From positions 3,596,001 through 3,660,000 of the forward strand of contig JASTWF010000034.1 in NCBI GenBank assembly GCA_030390025.1: a DNA stretch of 64,000 nt, read 5' to 3'. Position 1 is the first letter of the stretch. The number at the start of each line of letters is the position of its first letter. Both the position numbers and the translations under genes were made by a program. This DNA comes from Squalus acanthias. Lineage: Eukaryota. Below the pieces are notes generated by a model. It did no database searches. It was not told where the DNA came from and saw only the letters and a list, made by a program, of their open reading frames with translations. Below, one piece after another: positions 25,590 to 37,514 of the stretch.

Positions 25590-28500
25590 ATGGAGACGCC
25601 CAAAGAAAGAGCTGGGTGGCTTCAGCGACGAGGCATTTGTGATTCTAGTTGGCGCTGTTGAACAGCGACTGGCAGTACTGTTCCAAGAGAGTGGCAGGAG
25701 GACCTTGCCCCAGGAGCTTAGAACGGTGTGGAGGGAGGTTGCTCAGCACGTCTCCTCGAGGAGGCTGGTGCCAAGGACTCACACCCAATTTCGGAAGAAG
25801 TTCAACGACCTCACTCGGGTGATCAGGGTGAGTACCTGCTTTTCAATACCTCTACACCCTCCATCTCAACTTCACTCTGTGCCCAGACGGTTTAAAAACC
25901 CAAATGCCCAACACTCACCCATCTCATAAAACACCCATGCACATCCCACACCTTGCACACAGTAACGTCTATTCAACTATGGTAGGCACATCTGCCAAAC
26001 ACATGTCTGCACACTCACTCACACGCTGTCCTTTTTCTTGCAGGAAAAGTTCTTTCCTAACAGTCGGGAGCAGCAACGCACAGGAGGAGGACCGGCGGAC
26101 CTACACCCACTGACTGAGTTGGAGGACAGAGTGCACAGAATCGTTGCCAGCCAGGTCATAGGTGCTGTGGCCTCTGGAGAGCTCGACCCCCTTGGGACTG
26201 CAATGGTACGTTCATCAGCTTTCTCTCCTCTCTCACACCACTTCACCCTCACAACACCAGCCGTTTAAACTTTCAATCCAACTAACTGCCTCCAGTCCTT
26301 GCTCCCTTCCTGCCCCCACGCTAAAGCCACTCGTTCAACTTCCTGCTTTCAGATGGTGAACCACCAGCTGACCAGCCTGTCCCTCAGCCTGCCAGTGGCA
26401 GCGACGCACCAGACGAGGATGAAGAGAAAGCCGGAGCCACACCGCCTGCGTCTCCCGAGTGTGACACATCAGATACTGGGGCCACGCCTTCCTTGGAGGG
26501 GAGCAGCCGCTAGGGACTGATGAGGGCGAAGCTCCTGGACCCAGCGGGCTGCAGCAATACCATGGGGGTAGGGAAGCTCGGGGGCCATCTTCCCGGAGGG
26601 TAAGTAGGCGCTCGAATTCTGCTGCACAGGACTCGAATGAGGACCTCAACATTGCGGCCTTGAATAAACTGGACTTGAGCATGCATACTGAGCTGATCGG
26701 TGCAATGGCAAGTGTGCCCGAAGGCATGGATGGACAGGCTAGGAGCGTGAAGGAGTCCGCCGCTAGCACAGCTGTCATCTGTGTGCAAACCCTTGAACCC
26801 ATCCTTGCCTCATTGCAGCGGATGGTGGAATTGCAGAGAGACCGTGGGGACCCAGAGTCGAGTTCAATGGATCCATTGCAGCACAGGCCGACGGAACGCA
26901 ATGCCTTGGTGCTGCAATTGAGACATTGGTTGGAGCCATCCAGTCTCTGACTGCTCTGATGCAGTCTCAGATTGATGTCACGCAATCAATGACTGCTACC
27001 ATCCTCGCTGGGTTGCCCACAGTCCCCTGGGAATCTCACAGTACCGCAGCAGGACAGCAATCTGTGCTCGAGCAGAATGATCCAGATGCTGAGTTTCTGC
27101 TCCGGCGGAGTGGCACTGTGTCGGTCGAGCAGGAAGGTGCTGTTCTCTCTCAGGATGAAAGCATTCCTGCTCCCACCACTGACATAGACATCCCAGCCCA
27201 ATGCGGGACCCGGTGGGCAGGGGAAGGCCAGCTCAAGGAGCAAGGCAGTGGTTAACCTTCTTCTGGGAAAGCAAACAAGAAGAAGAACGCCGCCTCCATG
27301 GGGTAGGCTTTGCCATAAACAAATGAGCTAATTGAACATCTCGGAGATTCCCCTTGTGGAATAAACGAACGCCTCATGACTCTACGACTCACCCTAGCCC
27401 AGAACCAGTGCGCTACGGTCATCAGACGAGACCAAAGAGGAATTCTACTCCAGCCTCGAACAATCTCTTTCCCGAGTCCCAACGGGCGAGAAGCTGATCC
27501 TCCTTGGCGACTTTAACGCCAGAATTGGAAAGGAAACAGACATCTGGGGAGGTGTGATCAGCAGTGATGGGGTCGGGAAAGCCACCTCGAACGGTACCCT
27601 CCTTGTCATAACCAACACCTTGTTCAGTCAGAGAGACAATTACAAGGCTTCATGGCAACACCCTCGCTCCAAGCACTGCCATCTGCTGGACTACGTCATC
27701 GCTCGAGCGAAGGTCTGCAAGGACATCTGCATCACACGTGCCATGAGAGGAGCTGACGACTGCTGGACAGACCACCGCCTAATCCGCGCTGTCATCTCTA
27801 TCAACGTAGCCCCAAAACAGCGGCGGCAACAGAAGCAATGCCACAGGGAAATCAGCGCTGGAGCACTCAAAGACCCCGCTAAGAAAGCCCTATTCAGCCT
27901 GTGCCTCACAACCAACCTGACGACTCCCAGTGATTCAGAGACACAGAGTGTCCACAGCACCTGGTCTGCACTCAAGGCCTCCATAATCAGCACCTGTGAA
28001 GAGACGCTCGGTCACTCGACCAGGAAACACCAAGACTGGTTCGACGAGTACGACCAGGAGATCCAGGAGCTAATAAGCCGCAAGTGCAAGGAGCTCCTGA
28101 TCTGGAAACACCAACCGAACTCGAGAGCAAGAAAGCAGCTCGACAGACGCCTGAAGGCCGAGGTCCAACAAAAAACTCGCGACCTAAGAACAGATGGTGG
28201 ATGGAGAAAGCGCAGGAGATCCAGCAGCTAGCCGACAACCATGATGTGCGTGGATTCTTTAGCGCAGTCAAGACCACCTATGGCCCAAGCACCCATGGTC
28301 CTACCCCACTTTGGGCCAAGAACGGAGAGGTACACATCAAGGACAGAGAGGCAGTCAGTGCCCGCTGGAAGGAGCACTTTGAAGATCTCCTTAATCAAGA
28401 CTCTGTCTTCGACGCGAATGTCTTCAACTCCATCCCGTAGCATGCTAAACGCAACCACCTCAGCACAAGGCCAGCCCGGCATGAGGTTGGAAAAGCTATC

Positions 28501-30540
28501 CGACAACTGATGAACAACAAGGCCTCAGGAGCAGATGGAATTCCCGCCGAGGATTTAAAACATGGCGGAGAAGCATTATTGGCGCGAATATATGAACTCA
28601 TTTCTCTTATTTGGAAGGAGGAGAGCATGCCAGGGGATCTCAGAGATGCCGTAATCATGACCATCTTCAAGAAAGGGGACGAGTCCGATTGCGGAAATTA
28701 AAGAGGAGTCTCCCTGCTGTCTGCTACATGGAAAATCATCGCAAGAATCCTCCTCAATCACCTACTCCCAATGGCTGAATAGCTCCTCCCAGAATCGCAA
28801 TGCAGATTCCGCCCACTAAGGGGCACAATGGACATGATCTTCACCTTGTGTCAACTACAAGAGAAAAGCAGGGAACAGCACCAACCGCTGTACATGGCCT
28901 TCTTTGACCTCAGAAAGGCATTTGACATCGTCAACTGTGAGGGATTATGGAGTGTACTCAAATTCGGCTGCCCTCAAAAGTTTGTCACCATCCTAGGCCT
29001 ACTCCATGATGACATGCAAGTCGTGCTCCTGACCAACGGATCCACCACAGACCCAATTCACGTACGGACCGGGGTCAAGCAAGGCTGTGTTATCGCACCA
29101 ATGCTCTTCTCGATCTTACTAGCTGCAATGCCCCATCTCACCCTCAGTAAGCTCCCCGCTGGAGTGGAGCTAATCTACAGAACAAACGGGAAACTGTTCA
29201 ACCTCCGTCATCTGCAGTCCAGATCCAAGGTCGTCCCATCCTCTGTCATCGAATTACAGTATGCAGACTATGCTTGCGTCTGCGCACACACTGAGGTCGA
29301 ACTCCAAACCATCGTCAACACCTTCACCGAATTGTACGAGAGCATGGGCCTTACACTAAACATCGGTACGAAAACGGTCCTCTACCAACCTGCCCCCACC
29401 ACACACTACCGCTCTCCGATTATCAAAATCCATGACGAGACCTTGGACAACGTGGACCACTTTCCATACCCTGGGAGCCTACTGTCAAACAGGGCAGACG
29501 TCGATGACGAAGTCCAACAACGCCTTCAGTGTGCCAGTGAAGCCTTCGGTCGCTTGAGGAAGAGAGTGTTTGAAGACCAGACCCTCAAACCCAGCACCAA
29601 GCTCATGGTCTACAGAGCAGTAGTGATACCCGCCATCCTGTATGCTTCAGAGACATGCACCATGTACAGTAGGCAACTCAAAGCACTGGAGAGGTACCAA
29701 CAGCACTGCCTCCGCAAGATCCTGCAAATCCATTGGCAGGAAAGGCGCACCAACGTCAGTGTTCTCGCTCAGGCCAACATCCCCAGCATCGAACCTTTGA
29801 CCATGCTCCATCAGCTCCGAAGGACGGGCCACATCGTCCGCATGCCCGATACGTGACTCCCAAAACAAGCGCTCTACTCGGAGCTCCGACACAGCAAGAG
29901 AGCCCCACGTGGGCAGAGGAAACGCTTCAAGGACGCCCTCAAAGCCTCCTTGAAAAAATGCAACATCCCCAGCGACACCTGGGAATTCCTGGTACAAGAC
30001 CGCACAAAGTGGAGGAGAAGCATCCGAGAAGGCGCCGAACACCCCGAGTCTCTTCGTCGGGACCAAGCGGAAGCCAAGCGCAAACAGCGGAAGGAGTGCA
30101 CGTCAACTGAAGCACCCCACCCACCTGCCCCTTCAACCACCGTCTGCCCCACCTGTGACAGAGTCTGTACGTCCCGCATTGGACTCATCAGTCACCTGAG
30201 AACTCAGTTTTAGTGTAGAAGCAAGTCATCCTTGGTTTCGAGGGACTGCCTAAGAAGAAGAAGTAGACTGCCACTTCCCCATGGCACTTTGCAAGGCCTG
30301 CAACACAGCCCAGACGGCTGCCGCCCATGCAGAGTCGGTGCAGTCTGCAGCCGGGCCCTCCAGGCCCAGAGCTGGCCGAGGGCGTCCTTCAAGGACATCT
30401 CCAATCTCTGGATCCAGCATTCAGCAGCCTTCTGACAGCTTTGCTGCAGCCACTGGGGCCACATTACGGAGGAGCAATAGGGTGGGGAGGGGGGAAGTGC
30501 GCAGGGGATGGAGATCACCCTCGAAGGCCCAACAGTAGAA
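25590..30540 (+). pseudogene. Harbinger Myb/SANT-like DNA-binding gene, spliced, interrupted by RTE
   Basis: WREVAQHVS..RTHTQFRKKFNDL ends at donor 25828 (gtgagt); exon 26044-26205 with RTGGGP; acidic exon from 26353; frameshifts present; AATAAA at about 30546. Confidence 0.8.
27178..30263 (+). mobile_element. RTE-clade LINE, nearly complete ORF, decayed
   Basis: TRWAGEGQLKE..FFW, GDFNARIG, TDHRL, FFDLRKAFD, GVKQGC, LQYAD, C-terminal CPTCDR..SRIGLISH; (aag)n tail at 30252-30263. Confidence 0.93.
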
Positions 30541-30789
30541 TCTGTAAATAAATGTTTGTTGGGAAAGTTCGAGGGTGTTGTCATTATATTTGTTTATTGT
30601 TTTGCAGTTATCTCCATGTTATGAGAACGAGTTTTTTTAGTTCATGAATTGTTGGTTTTGTTTCTAATTGTTTGTCCTGATTAAATGACCGAGAGTTTGT
30701 AACATAAATCATTTTTTTTATTGTTACTTTACATCTTTCCTGATTTGAATCATTGCAGCTTTGCCCGGCAATAGGGTGTGTGGGATGCA

Positions 30790-33700
30790 TTCAGTGATGT
30801 GCTTCTTCATCCCAGAAGCTATCTTCTCAGTAAGGGGTTAGAATCGGTGTCTTATCAGACATTCACGGACGGCCCTTGCAGTGGCAGCATTGAGCGCCTC
30901 CCTCCCACGTTGGTGCTGCTGATCCTCCTCTTCATCCTCCTCTCCCTCTTCCTCCTCCTACTCAGGTGGTGCACCAATCCCTGGTGGCGATGGCTGGGGC
31001 ATCATGATTGCAATGTTAAGAAGTATGAAGCACACAACAATGAAGAGGGAGACTCGCTCGGGAGAGTACTGCAGGGCTCCCCCTTTGTGGTCAAGACACC
31101 GGAACCGTTGTTTCAAGACACCGATCGTGTGCACAATGAGGTTCCTGGTGGCACTATGGCTCTCATTGTAGTGCTGCTCGGCAGGGGTGTTGGGTTTACG
31201 GATTGCTGTCATCAGCCAGGTGCAGAGTGGATAACCTTTGTCCCCGAGGAGTCACCCTCTGTCTCCCTGCTCAGGTTCCCAACCCCCTGCCACTTTAGTT
31301 TAAACCCTCCCCAACAGCACTAGCAAACACTCCCCCTAGGACATCGGTCCCGGCCCTGCCCAGGTGCAGACCGTCCCGTTTGTACTGGTCCCACCTCCCC
31401 CAGAACCGGTTCCAATGTCCAAGGAATTTGAATCCCTCCCCCTTGCACCATTCCTCTAGCCACGTATTCATTTGAAATATCCTCCTATTTCTACTCTGAC
31501 TAGCACGTGGCACTGGTAGCAATCCTGAGATTACTACCTTTGAGGTACTCTTTTTTAATTTACCTCCTAACTCCCTATATTCTGCTTTTAGGACCTCATC
31601 CCGTTTTTTACCTATATCATTGATGCCTATGTGCACCACGACAACTGGCTGTTCGCCCTCCCCCTCCAAAGTGTTCTGTAGCCGCTAACAAGGGAAATTA
31701 GGGATAGAATAAGATCCAAGGAGAGGGCATATAAATTGGCCAGAAAAAGCGGTAGCCCTGAGGATTGGGAGCAATTTAGGATTCAACAAAGGAGGACAAA
31801 GGGATTAATTAAGAAGGGGAAAATAGAATATGAAAGTAAGCTTGCTGGGAACATAAAAACTGACTGTAAGAGCTTTTATAGATATGTGAAGAGAAAAAGA
31901 TTAGTGAAATCAAGTGTAGGTCCCTTGCAGTCAGAAGCGGGGGAAGTTATAATGGGGAACAAAGAAATGGCAGCCCAATTAAATGCATATTTTGGTTCTG
32001 TATTCACAAAGGAGGACACAAATAACCTCCCAGAGATGTTGGAGAACATACGGTCTGATGAAAGGGAGGAACTGAAAGAAATCAGTATTTGCAGGGAAAT
32101 GATGTTAGGGAAATTGACGGTATTGAAGGCCGATAAATCCCCAGGGCCTGATAATCTACATCCTAGTGTACTTAAGGAAGTGGCCCTAGAAATAGTAGAT
32201 GCATTGCTGATCATCTTCCAACATTCGATGGAATCTGGAACTGTACCCATGGATTGGAGGGTAGCTAATGTTACCCCACTATTCAAAAAGGGTGGTAGAG
32301 AGAAAGCGGGGAATTACATCGGTAGTGGGGAAAATGCTAGAGTCCATTATAAAGGATGTAATAGCTGAGCATTTGAAAAACAGTGACAGGATCGGACAAA
32401 GTCAACATGGATTTACAAAAGGTAAATCGTGCTTGACTAATCTACTGGAATTTTTTGTGGATGTAACTGGGAAAATAGATAAGGGAGAACCAGTAGATGT
32501 AGTGTATTTGGACCTTCAAAAGGCTGTCGATAAGGTCCCGCATAAGAGATTAGCGGGTAAAGTTAAGGCACATGGGATTGGGGGCAAGGTATTGACTTGG
32601 ATAGAGAACTGGTTGGCGGACAGAAAGCAGAGAGTAGGAATTAATGGGTCTTTTTCCGAGTGGCAAGCAGTGACTAGTGGGGTACCGCAGGGATCGGTCC
32701 TTGGACCCCAGCTATTCACAATATACATTAATGATCTAGATAAGGGAATTAAATGTAATATCTCCAAGTTTGCAGATGACACAAAGCTGGGTGGGAGTGT
32801 GTGCAGCGAGGAGAATAGCGAGAAACTCCAGGATGATCTGGACAGGTTGGGTGAGTGGGCAGAAACGTGGCAGATGCAATATAACGTGGATAAATGCGAG
32901 GTTATCCACTTTGGTGTCAAAAACAGAAAGGCAGACTATTATCTGAATGGCAATAGATTGGGAGAAGGGGAAGTGCAACGAGTCCTGGGTGTCCTTGTGC
33001 ACCAGTCGCTGAAAGTAAGCATGCAGGTGCAGCAGGCGGTGAAGAAGGCAAATGGTATGTTGGCCTTCATAGCGAAAGGGTTTGAGTAAAGGAACAGGGA
33101 TGTCCTGCTGCAGTTGTACAGGGCCTTGGTGAGACCACACCTTGAGTACTGTGTGCAGTTTTGGTCGCCTTATCTGAGGAAGGATGTTCTTGCCATGGAA
33201 GGAGTTCAGCGAAGATTCACAAGGCTGATACCTGGGATGGCAGGAATGACATATGAGGAGAGATTGGGTCGATTGGGCTTATACTCACTGGAGTATAGAA
33301 GAATGAGAAGGGATCTCATCGAAACATATGAAATTCTGACAGGTCTGGACAAACTAGATGCAGGAAGAATGTTCCCGATGGTCGGAGAGTCCAGAACCAG
33401 GGGTCATAATCTACGGATAACGGGTAAACCATTTAGGACAGAAATGAGGAAGAATTTCTTCACCCAGAGAGTGGTGAACCTGTGGAATTCTCTACCACAG
33501 AAGGTAGTTGAGGCGAAGTCATTAAATATATTCAAGGATGAGTTAGATATATTTCTTAAAGCTAAAGGTATCAAGGGATATGGGGAGAAGGCAGGTACAG
33601 GGTACTGAGTTTAGATGATCAGCCATGATCTCATCGAATGGCGGAGCAGGCTCGAGGGGCCGAATGGCCTACTCCTGCTCCTATCTTCTATCCACTAGGT

Positions 33701-34388
33701 GGACGCGGTGTTTGGAAGAGGTCTGCGACACCGGTCTGGTGCAGGATGAAAGTATCGTGGCTACTGCCAGGATAGCGGGCTTTGACGGCGAGTATGAGCT
33801 GCCTGTGGTCACAGATCAACTGGAAATTCAGAGAGTGGAAGCCCTTGTGGTTTCCGAAGACGTCTGCATTCTCATGAAGTGCTTGCAATGCCACATGCCT
33901 GCAGTCAATGGCGCACTGAACCATGGGGAAGCCCACTATCCACGCTAAGCCATATGCGTGTTCGCGCTGTTTGTCCCGGGTCATGGAGAAAGATGTACTG
34001 GCGTCTCCTCTTCCACAAAGCCTTTGTCACCTCCCGGATGCAACAAAGAACAGCGAACTGCGAGATATTCGGAACCGCTGACTTAGAAATTCAGAGCCAC
34101 TGTCACCTTCTCTACCACCGACAGAGACGTCCTGGTCCTGAGCTGAGGCTGCAGATCTGATTGCAGGAGGTGGCAGAGCTCAGTGACCACCTCATTGCTG
34201 AAGCGCAGCCATTGGAAACACTGCTCCTCAGACGAATGTATACAGGAGGGTAATTGCTCCCGGAATACCCTGGGAGGGTATGGCCTCCTGTGCAGTGGCC
34301 TGTTAGCCCTCCTCCTTCTTGCCACGTTTGCCACACTCTCTGTGCCTCTGCTGCCTCCGAAGGTGATGCTGGACGACGACGACCCCAT
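30790..34388 (-). pseudogene. Harbinger transposase (HARBI1-like DDE nuclease), split by a CR1 insertion at 31251-33688
   Basis: 34388-33689 gives PPRVFR..LRFS..VALNF, AIDCxHV, NxKGFHSLNxQLICD and YPGSSHD; resumes at 31250 with [17 protein letters not shown] and [12 protein letters not shown]. Confidence 0.9.
31251..33688 (+). mobile_element. CR1 LINE with an inverted 5' segment (ORF1 piece on - at 31251-31685; ORF2 and tail on + at 31686-33688)
   Basis: Minus-strand ORF 31295-31669 is the esterase C-terminal half; plus-strand ORFs 31736-33608 are RT; the host transposase is contiguous across both ends. Confidence 0.88.
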
Positions 34389-35099
34389 GAGATAGTGCAG
34401 CCCCCAACGAAGCTTCTAAATATCGTTAGAAGGAAGGTGAAATACGAATGAATCTCGAAAGTGGTGCTCAGGATCCAAAGCTCCTTCGGTCAGTGTCGAA
34501 TCTCTCCAGATGTCTCTCTCGCTCTCAACCTGTGTGTACCAAAAATGTTACCGACCAGAAAAGGCAGGAAGTGGCCGCCTTTAAATAGCGCTCCCTTAGC
34601 CCCTTCCAGACTTGAAAACGTTTCCCTCTACCTGTCGTTCCTAGCGGCAGGCACTAAGGCAGGGGGCACTCAACATCCGGTCTGGGACGCTCAACTGACG
34701 TCACGATCTGCGGGCGCAGGAGATTGTGGCGGTAGTGTTTAGCGCCAGCGCAAAATGACATCAATTTTACGAGCAGCACTAAAAAGCCGCGCTCGGGCGC
34801 TAAGTTCCGAGCGATCATTAGCGCCCCTCGAAGGCGCTAAGGGGAGGCAATAACCCACTGACTTTTTCCCCGCATGTTTAACTGTGCTTCTCTCTTTGTT
34901 ATTCCCCATCCCATCCGCGCTGCTGTCAGCTATTGATTCTGAAGGTTATGTCGTGTTACCAAGATTCAAAGTGCTATATTCAACTCAAGCAAATTTATTG
35001 GAGGTGACACTTTATTTAACGAATTTCAGTCTGCTACCGACAGTGAACATGAGATCAGAAGAATGCTGTCTTGGTTTAGGAGACGTTTCACCTAATGGC

Positions 35100-35230
35100 G
35101 AAAGGCCATCGACCTGAAACGTTAACTCTGTTTCTCTCTTTCTCCACAGATGCTGTCTGATCCGCTGAGTATTTCCATCATTTTCTGTTTTCATTTCAGA
35201 TTTCTAGTATCCACAGTATTTTGCTTTAGT
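35100..35230. mobile_element. Short Penelope-associated terminal repeat (similar copies at about 42465-42565, 48040-48180, 53580-53680, 53985-54030)
   Basis: gaaacgttaactctgtttctctc..cacagatgctg..ctgctgagt matches the arms of 15251-16021. Confidence 0.7.
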
Positions 35231-36132
35231 TTTCACCTAATGCTCGGTATGGTTACTTACAGAGTCACAGGAACAAATCCTGGCAGATCACATCCACATC
35301 TTTAAATGTCTGAAATATCTGCTAATCATTCAGTTCCAGTCAATGTCTCCTTTCCCACCCTCTCCAGCTCTGCATTATTGCCACTGCTTCTGATGGTTCA
35401 AGTAGGATTACAAGTATAATTTTCATTCTCATAAAACGTTCATTCAGCCAGATTTCAATACATTTCTTTCTGATCATTGTTTTGAATTCACAATTGGATC
35501 CCATGCTCGTCTGGCACAGTTCAGTGGATCTGTCAGTGAGACCCAGAGTGATTCTCTATTGCCTCCTGCTGCACTTCAGGATAAACAATCCCAGCTGATT
35601 GTAACTGAAGTACTGAGGATAAGAAAATCCTTTGTTATCTTCTCGTCTAATATTCTCTGCACAAGTTGGAAACAACAGTTGAAAAAGTACAAGAATAAAT
35701 CTCTTCATTTTGTGTTCAGATACTTTACAATATCATTCGGCAGCACTTTGCCTGTGGAATAAATCGTCTGATTTCGATGCTGATAAATGCATTTAGTGGG
35801 ACATTACCTGGTCAATCATCACTATTTACTTTTATTCAGAGTCCATTATTTGCATTAGTACTTGGCAAATCTTCAGTTAATGAGCTACAATTCGTGTATT
35901 TCAAAAAAATGCAGAAAATTCAATCTTCAAAACATAACTGTTATCTTTATAACTGCAGTGCACTTGTATTTATTATCTTAGCATTGTCATATTTCATCCG
36001 TACATTTTACATACAATTGCCTGTAATTATTGCATGCCAAGCTTACAGCTTCTGTATTTTGCTGTTGCATTCCTTTTCAGTTCTAAATATAATGGATATT
36101 CTAATCAGGAGCAGGAATCCAAGTGGGATTTG

Positions 36133-36160
36133 CACACACACACACACACACACACACACC
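36133..36160. repeat. (CA)n microsatellite
   Basis: Direct observation. Confidence 0.95.
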
Positions 36161-36557
36161 CACCCCGCCTAACACAGGGGCACAGAAGCGAATTGCACCG
36201 CTCCAAATGCTAACTGGTCCCGGGACACAAAGTTTTCCTCAGAGGGTCTGGCCCTTTGTGTCCCTGGTACCTCGGCGGTGCTTTTGTCTGCTGGGCTAAA
36301 TATAGATAGATCATTTAAACTCTCCTTGATCAAACATCTGCTATTTATTGTATTATTCCCATTTCATTTATTGATTCCACAAGGTACTGCCGATTATTCT
36401 TACATTAAACCCTGTATTCAGCTCCACGGGTAATAGAATTAGATTATATCAATGAATGTCGCTCGTGAGTTGCAGATTTCATCCCGCATTCCATCAAGCT
36501 GCTGTTTTTGTTCCCAGCCTGATGATTAATTTCCCTGTTTATTTCCCTTCCTCACAG

Positions 36558-37459
36558 TGAACATAGTGACGATTGTGATCCTATCTCGGGGAAAGTGCGG
36601 ACTCTCCAAATGTGTCACTCGCTACCTGGTGGCCATGGCAGCGGCGGATCTACTGGTCGTTATCTTCGACCTGATATTGAGGCACATTCCGATTGTTTAT
36701 TGGGAACAGTTTGATTTCGTGTATTCCATCCGCGTGTGTAATATCCACGCCGTCTTGCTGTTCGCAGCCACAGACTGTTCTGTCTGGTTCACCGTCACTT
36801 TCACCTTTGATCGATTTGTGGCCATTTGTTGCCAGAAGCTGAAAACTAAATATTGCACCGAAAAAACGGCGGCTGTGGTTCTGGGAACAGTGACTGTGCT
36901 GAGCGGTTTAAAAAACATCACCTGGTATTTTATGTTCACAGATCGGTATTGGCTTACGAACAGCCCCTGGTTTTGTGAGGTCCCAATGGATGTTCGGTAT
37001 TCACGGGTCTGGGGAACAATCGAGTTCCTACATTTTATTCTCACCCCATGTGTCCCATTCGTGGTGATTCTGCTGCTCAATGCAGTCACCGTCAGATACA
37101 TTTTAGTGGCCAGCAGAGCCCGCAGGAGACTCCGGGGTCCCAGCAGTGGGGAGAGTCCCAGAGACCCAGAGATGGAGAGCCGCAGGAAATCCATCATTTT
37201 ACTGCTTGTTATCTCGGGCAATTTCATCCTGTTATGGGCAGTGTTTATGGTGTTTTCTATATGGAGCCGGATGTGGTGGTTGGGGTACAAGTCTGTATTT
37301 CTACCTGATTATGTAATGGAACTGGGATTCATGTTGCAGCTGCTGAGTTGCTGTACAAACACTGGGATTTACGGTCTGACCCAGACTCAGTTCAGAGAGC
37401 AGCTGAAAAATGTGGGGAAGTATCCCTTTACTGTCATTGTCAAATTAATTAAAGGATGA
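36558..37459 (+). CDS. GPR139/GPR142-like class A GPCR, coding exon 2 (TM1 end to TM7)
   Basis: Pyrimidine tract plus cag|tg aac; open 300-codon frame with NIVTIVIL, AMAAADL, FTFDRFVAIC, PFVVILLLN, FILLW and CCTNTGIY; spliced product about 330 aa. Confidence 0.92.
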
Positions 37460-37514
37460 GAAGAAGCGGAGACTTTGCAGCCTCAGAGTTGAGAGTTCAC
37501 TAGGCCTGAAATTG

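Larger units (their letters stand above)
25230..34872. mobile_element. PIF/Harbinger DNA transposon (two convergent genes) carrying nested LINEs
   Basis: Imperfect TIRs (ggggaaaa..tgggtatcgcc / ggcaataaccca..tttttcccc); CAT duplicated at 25227-25229 and 34873-34875; Myb/SANT gene on + and DDE nuclease on -. Confidence 0.85.

Noticed and set aside
30790..34388. Domesticated host HARBI1 gene
   Set aside because: Lies within TIRs and TSD, carries stops and frameshifts, and is split by a CR1.
35777..36172. 131-aa hydrophobic ORF as the GPCR N-terminus
   Set aside because: AT-rich intron sequence ending in a CA repeat; the exon at 24811 supplies a better family-typical, phase-matched N-terminus.
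36697..37290. 197-aa antisense ORF within the GPCR
   Set aside because: Antisense shadow with no independent features.
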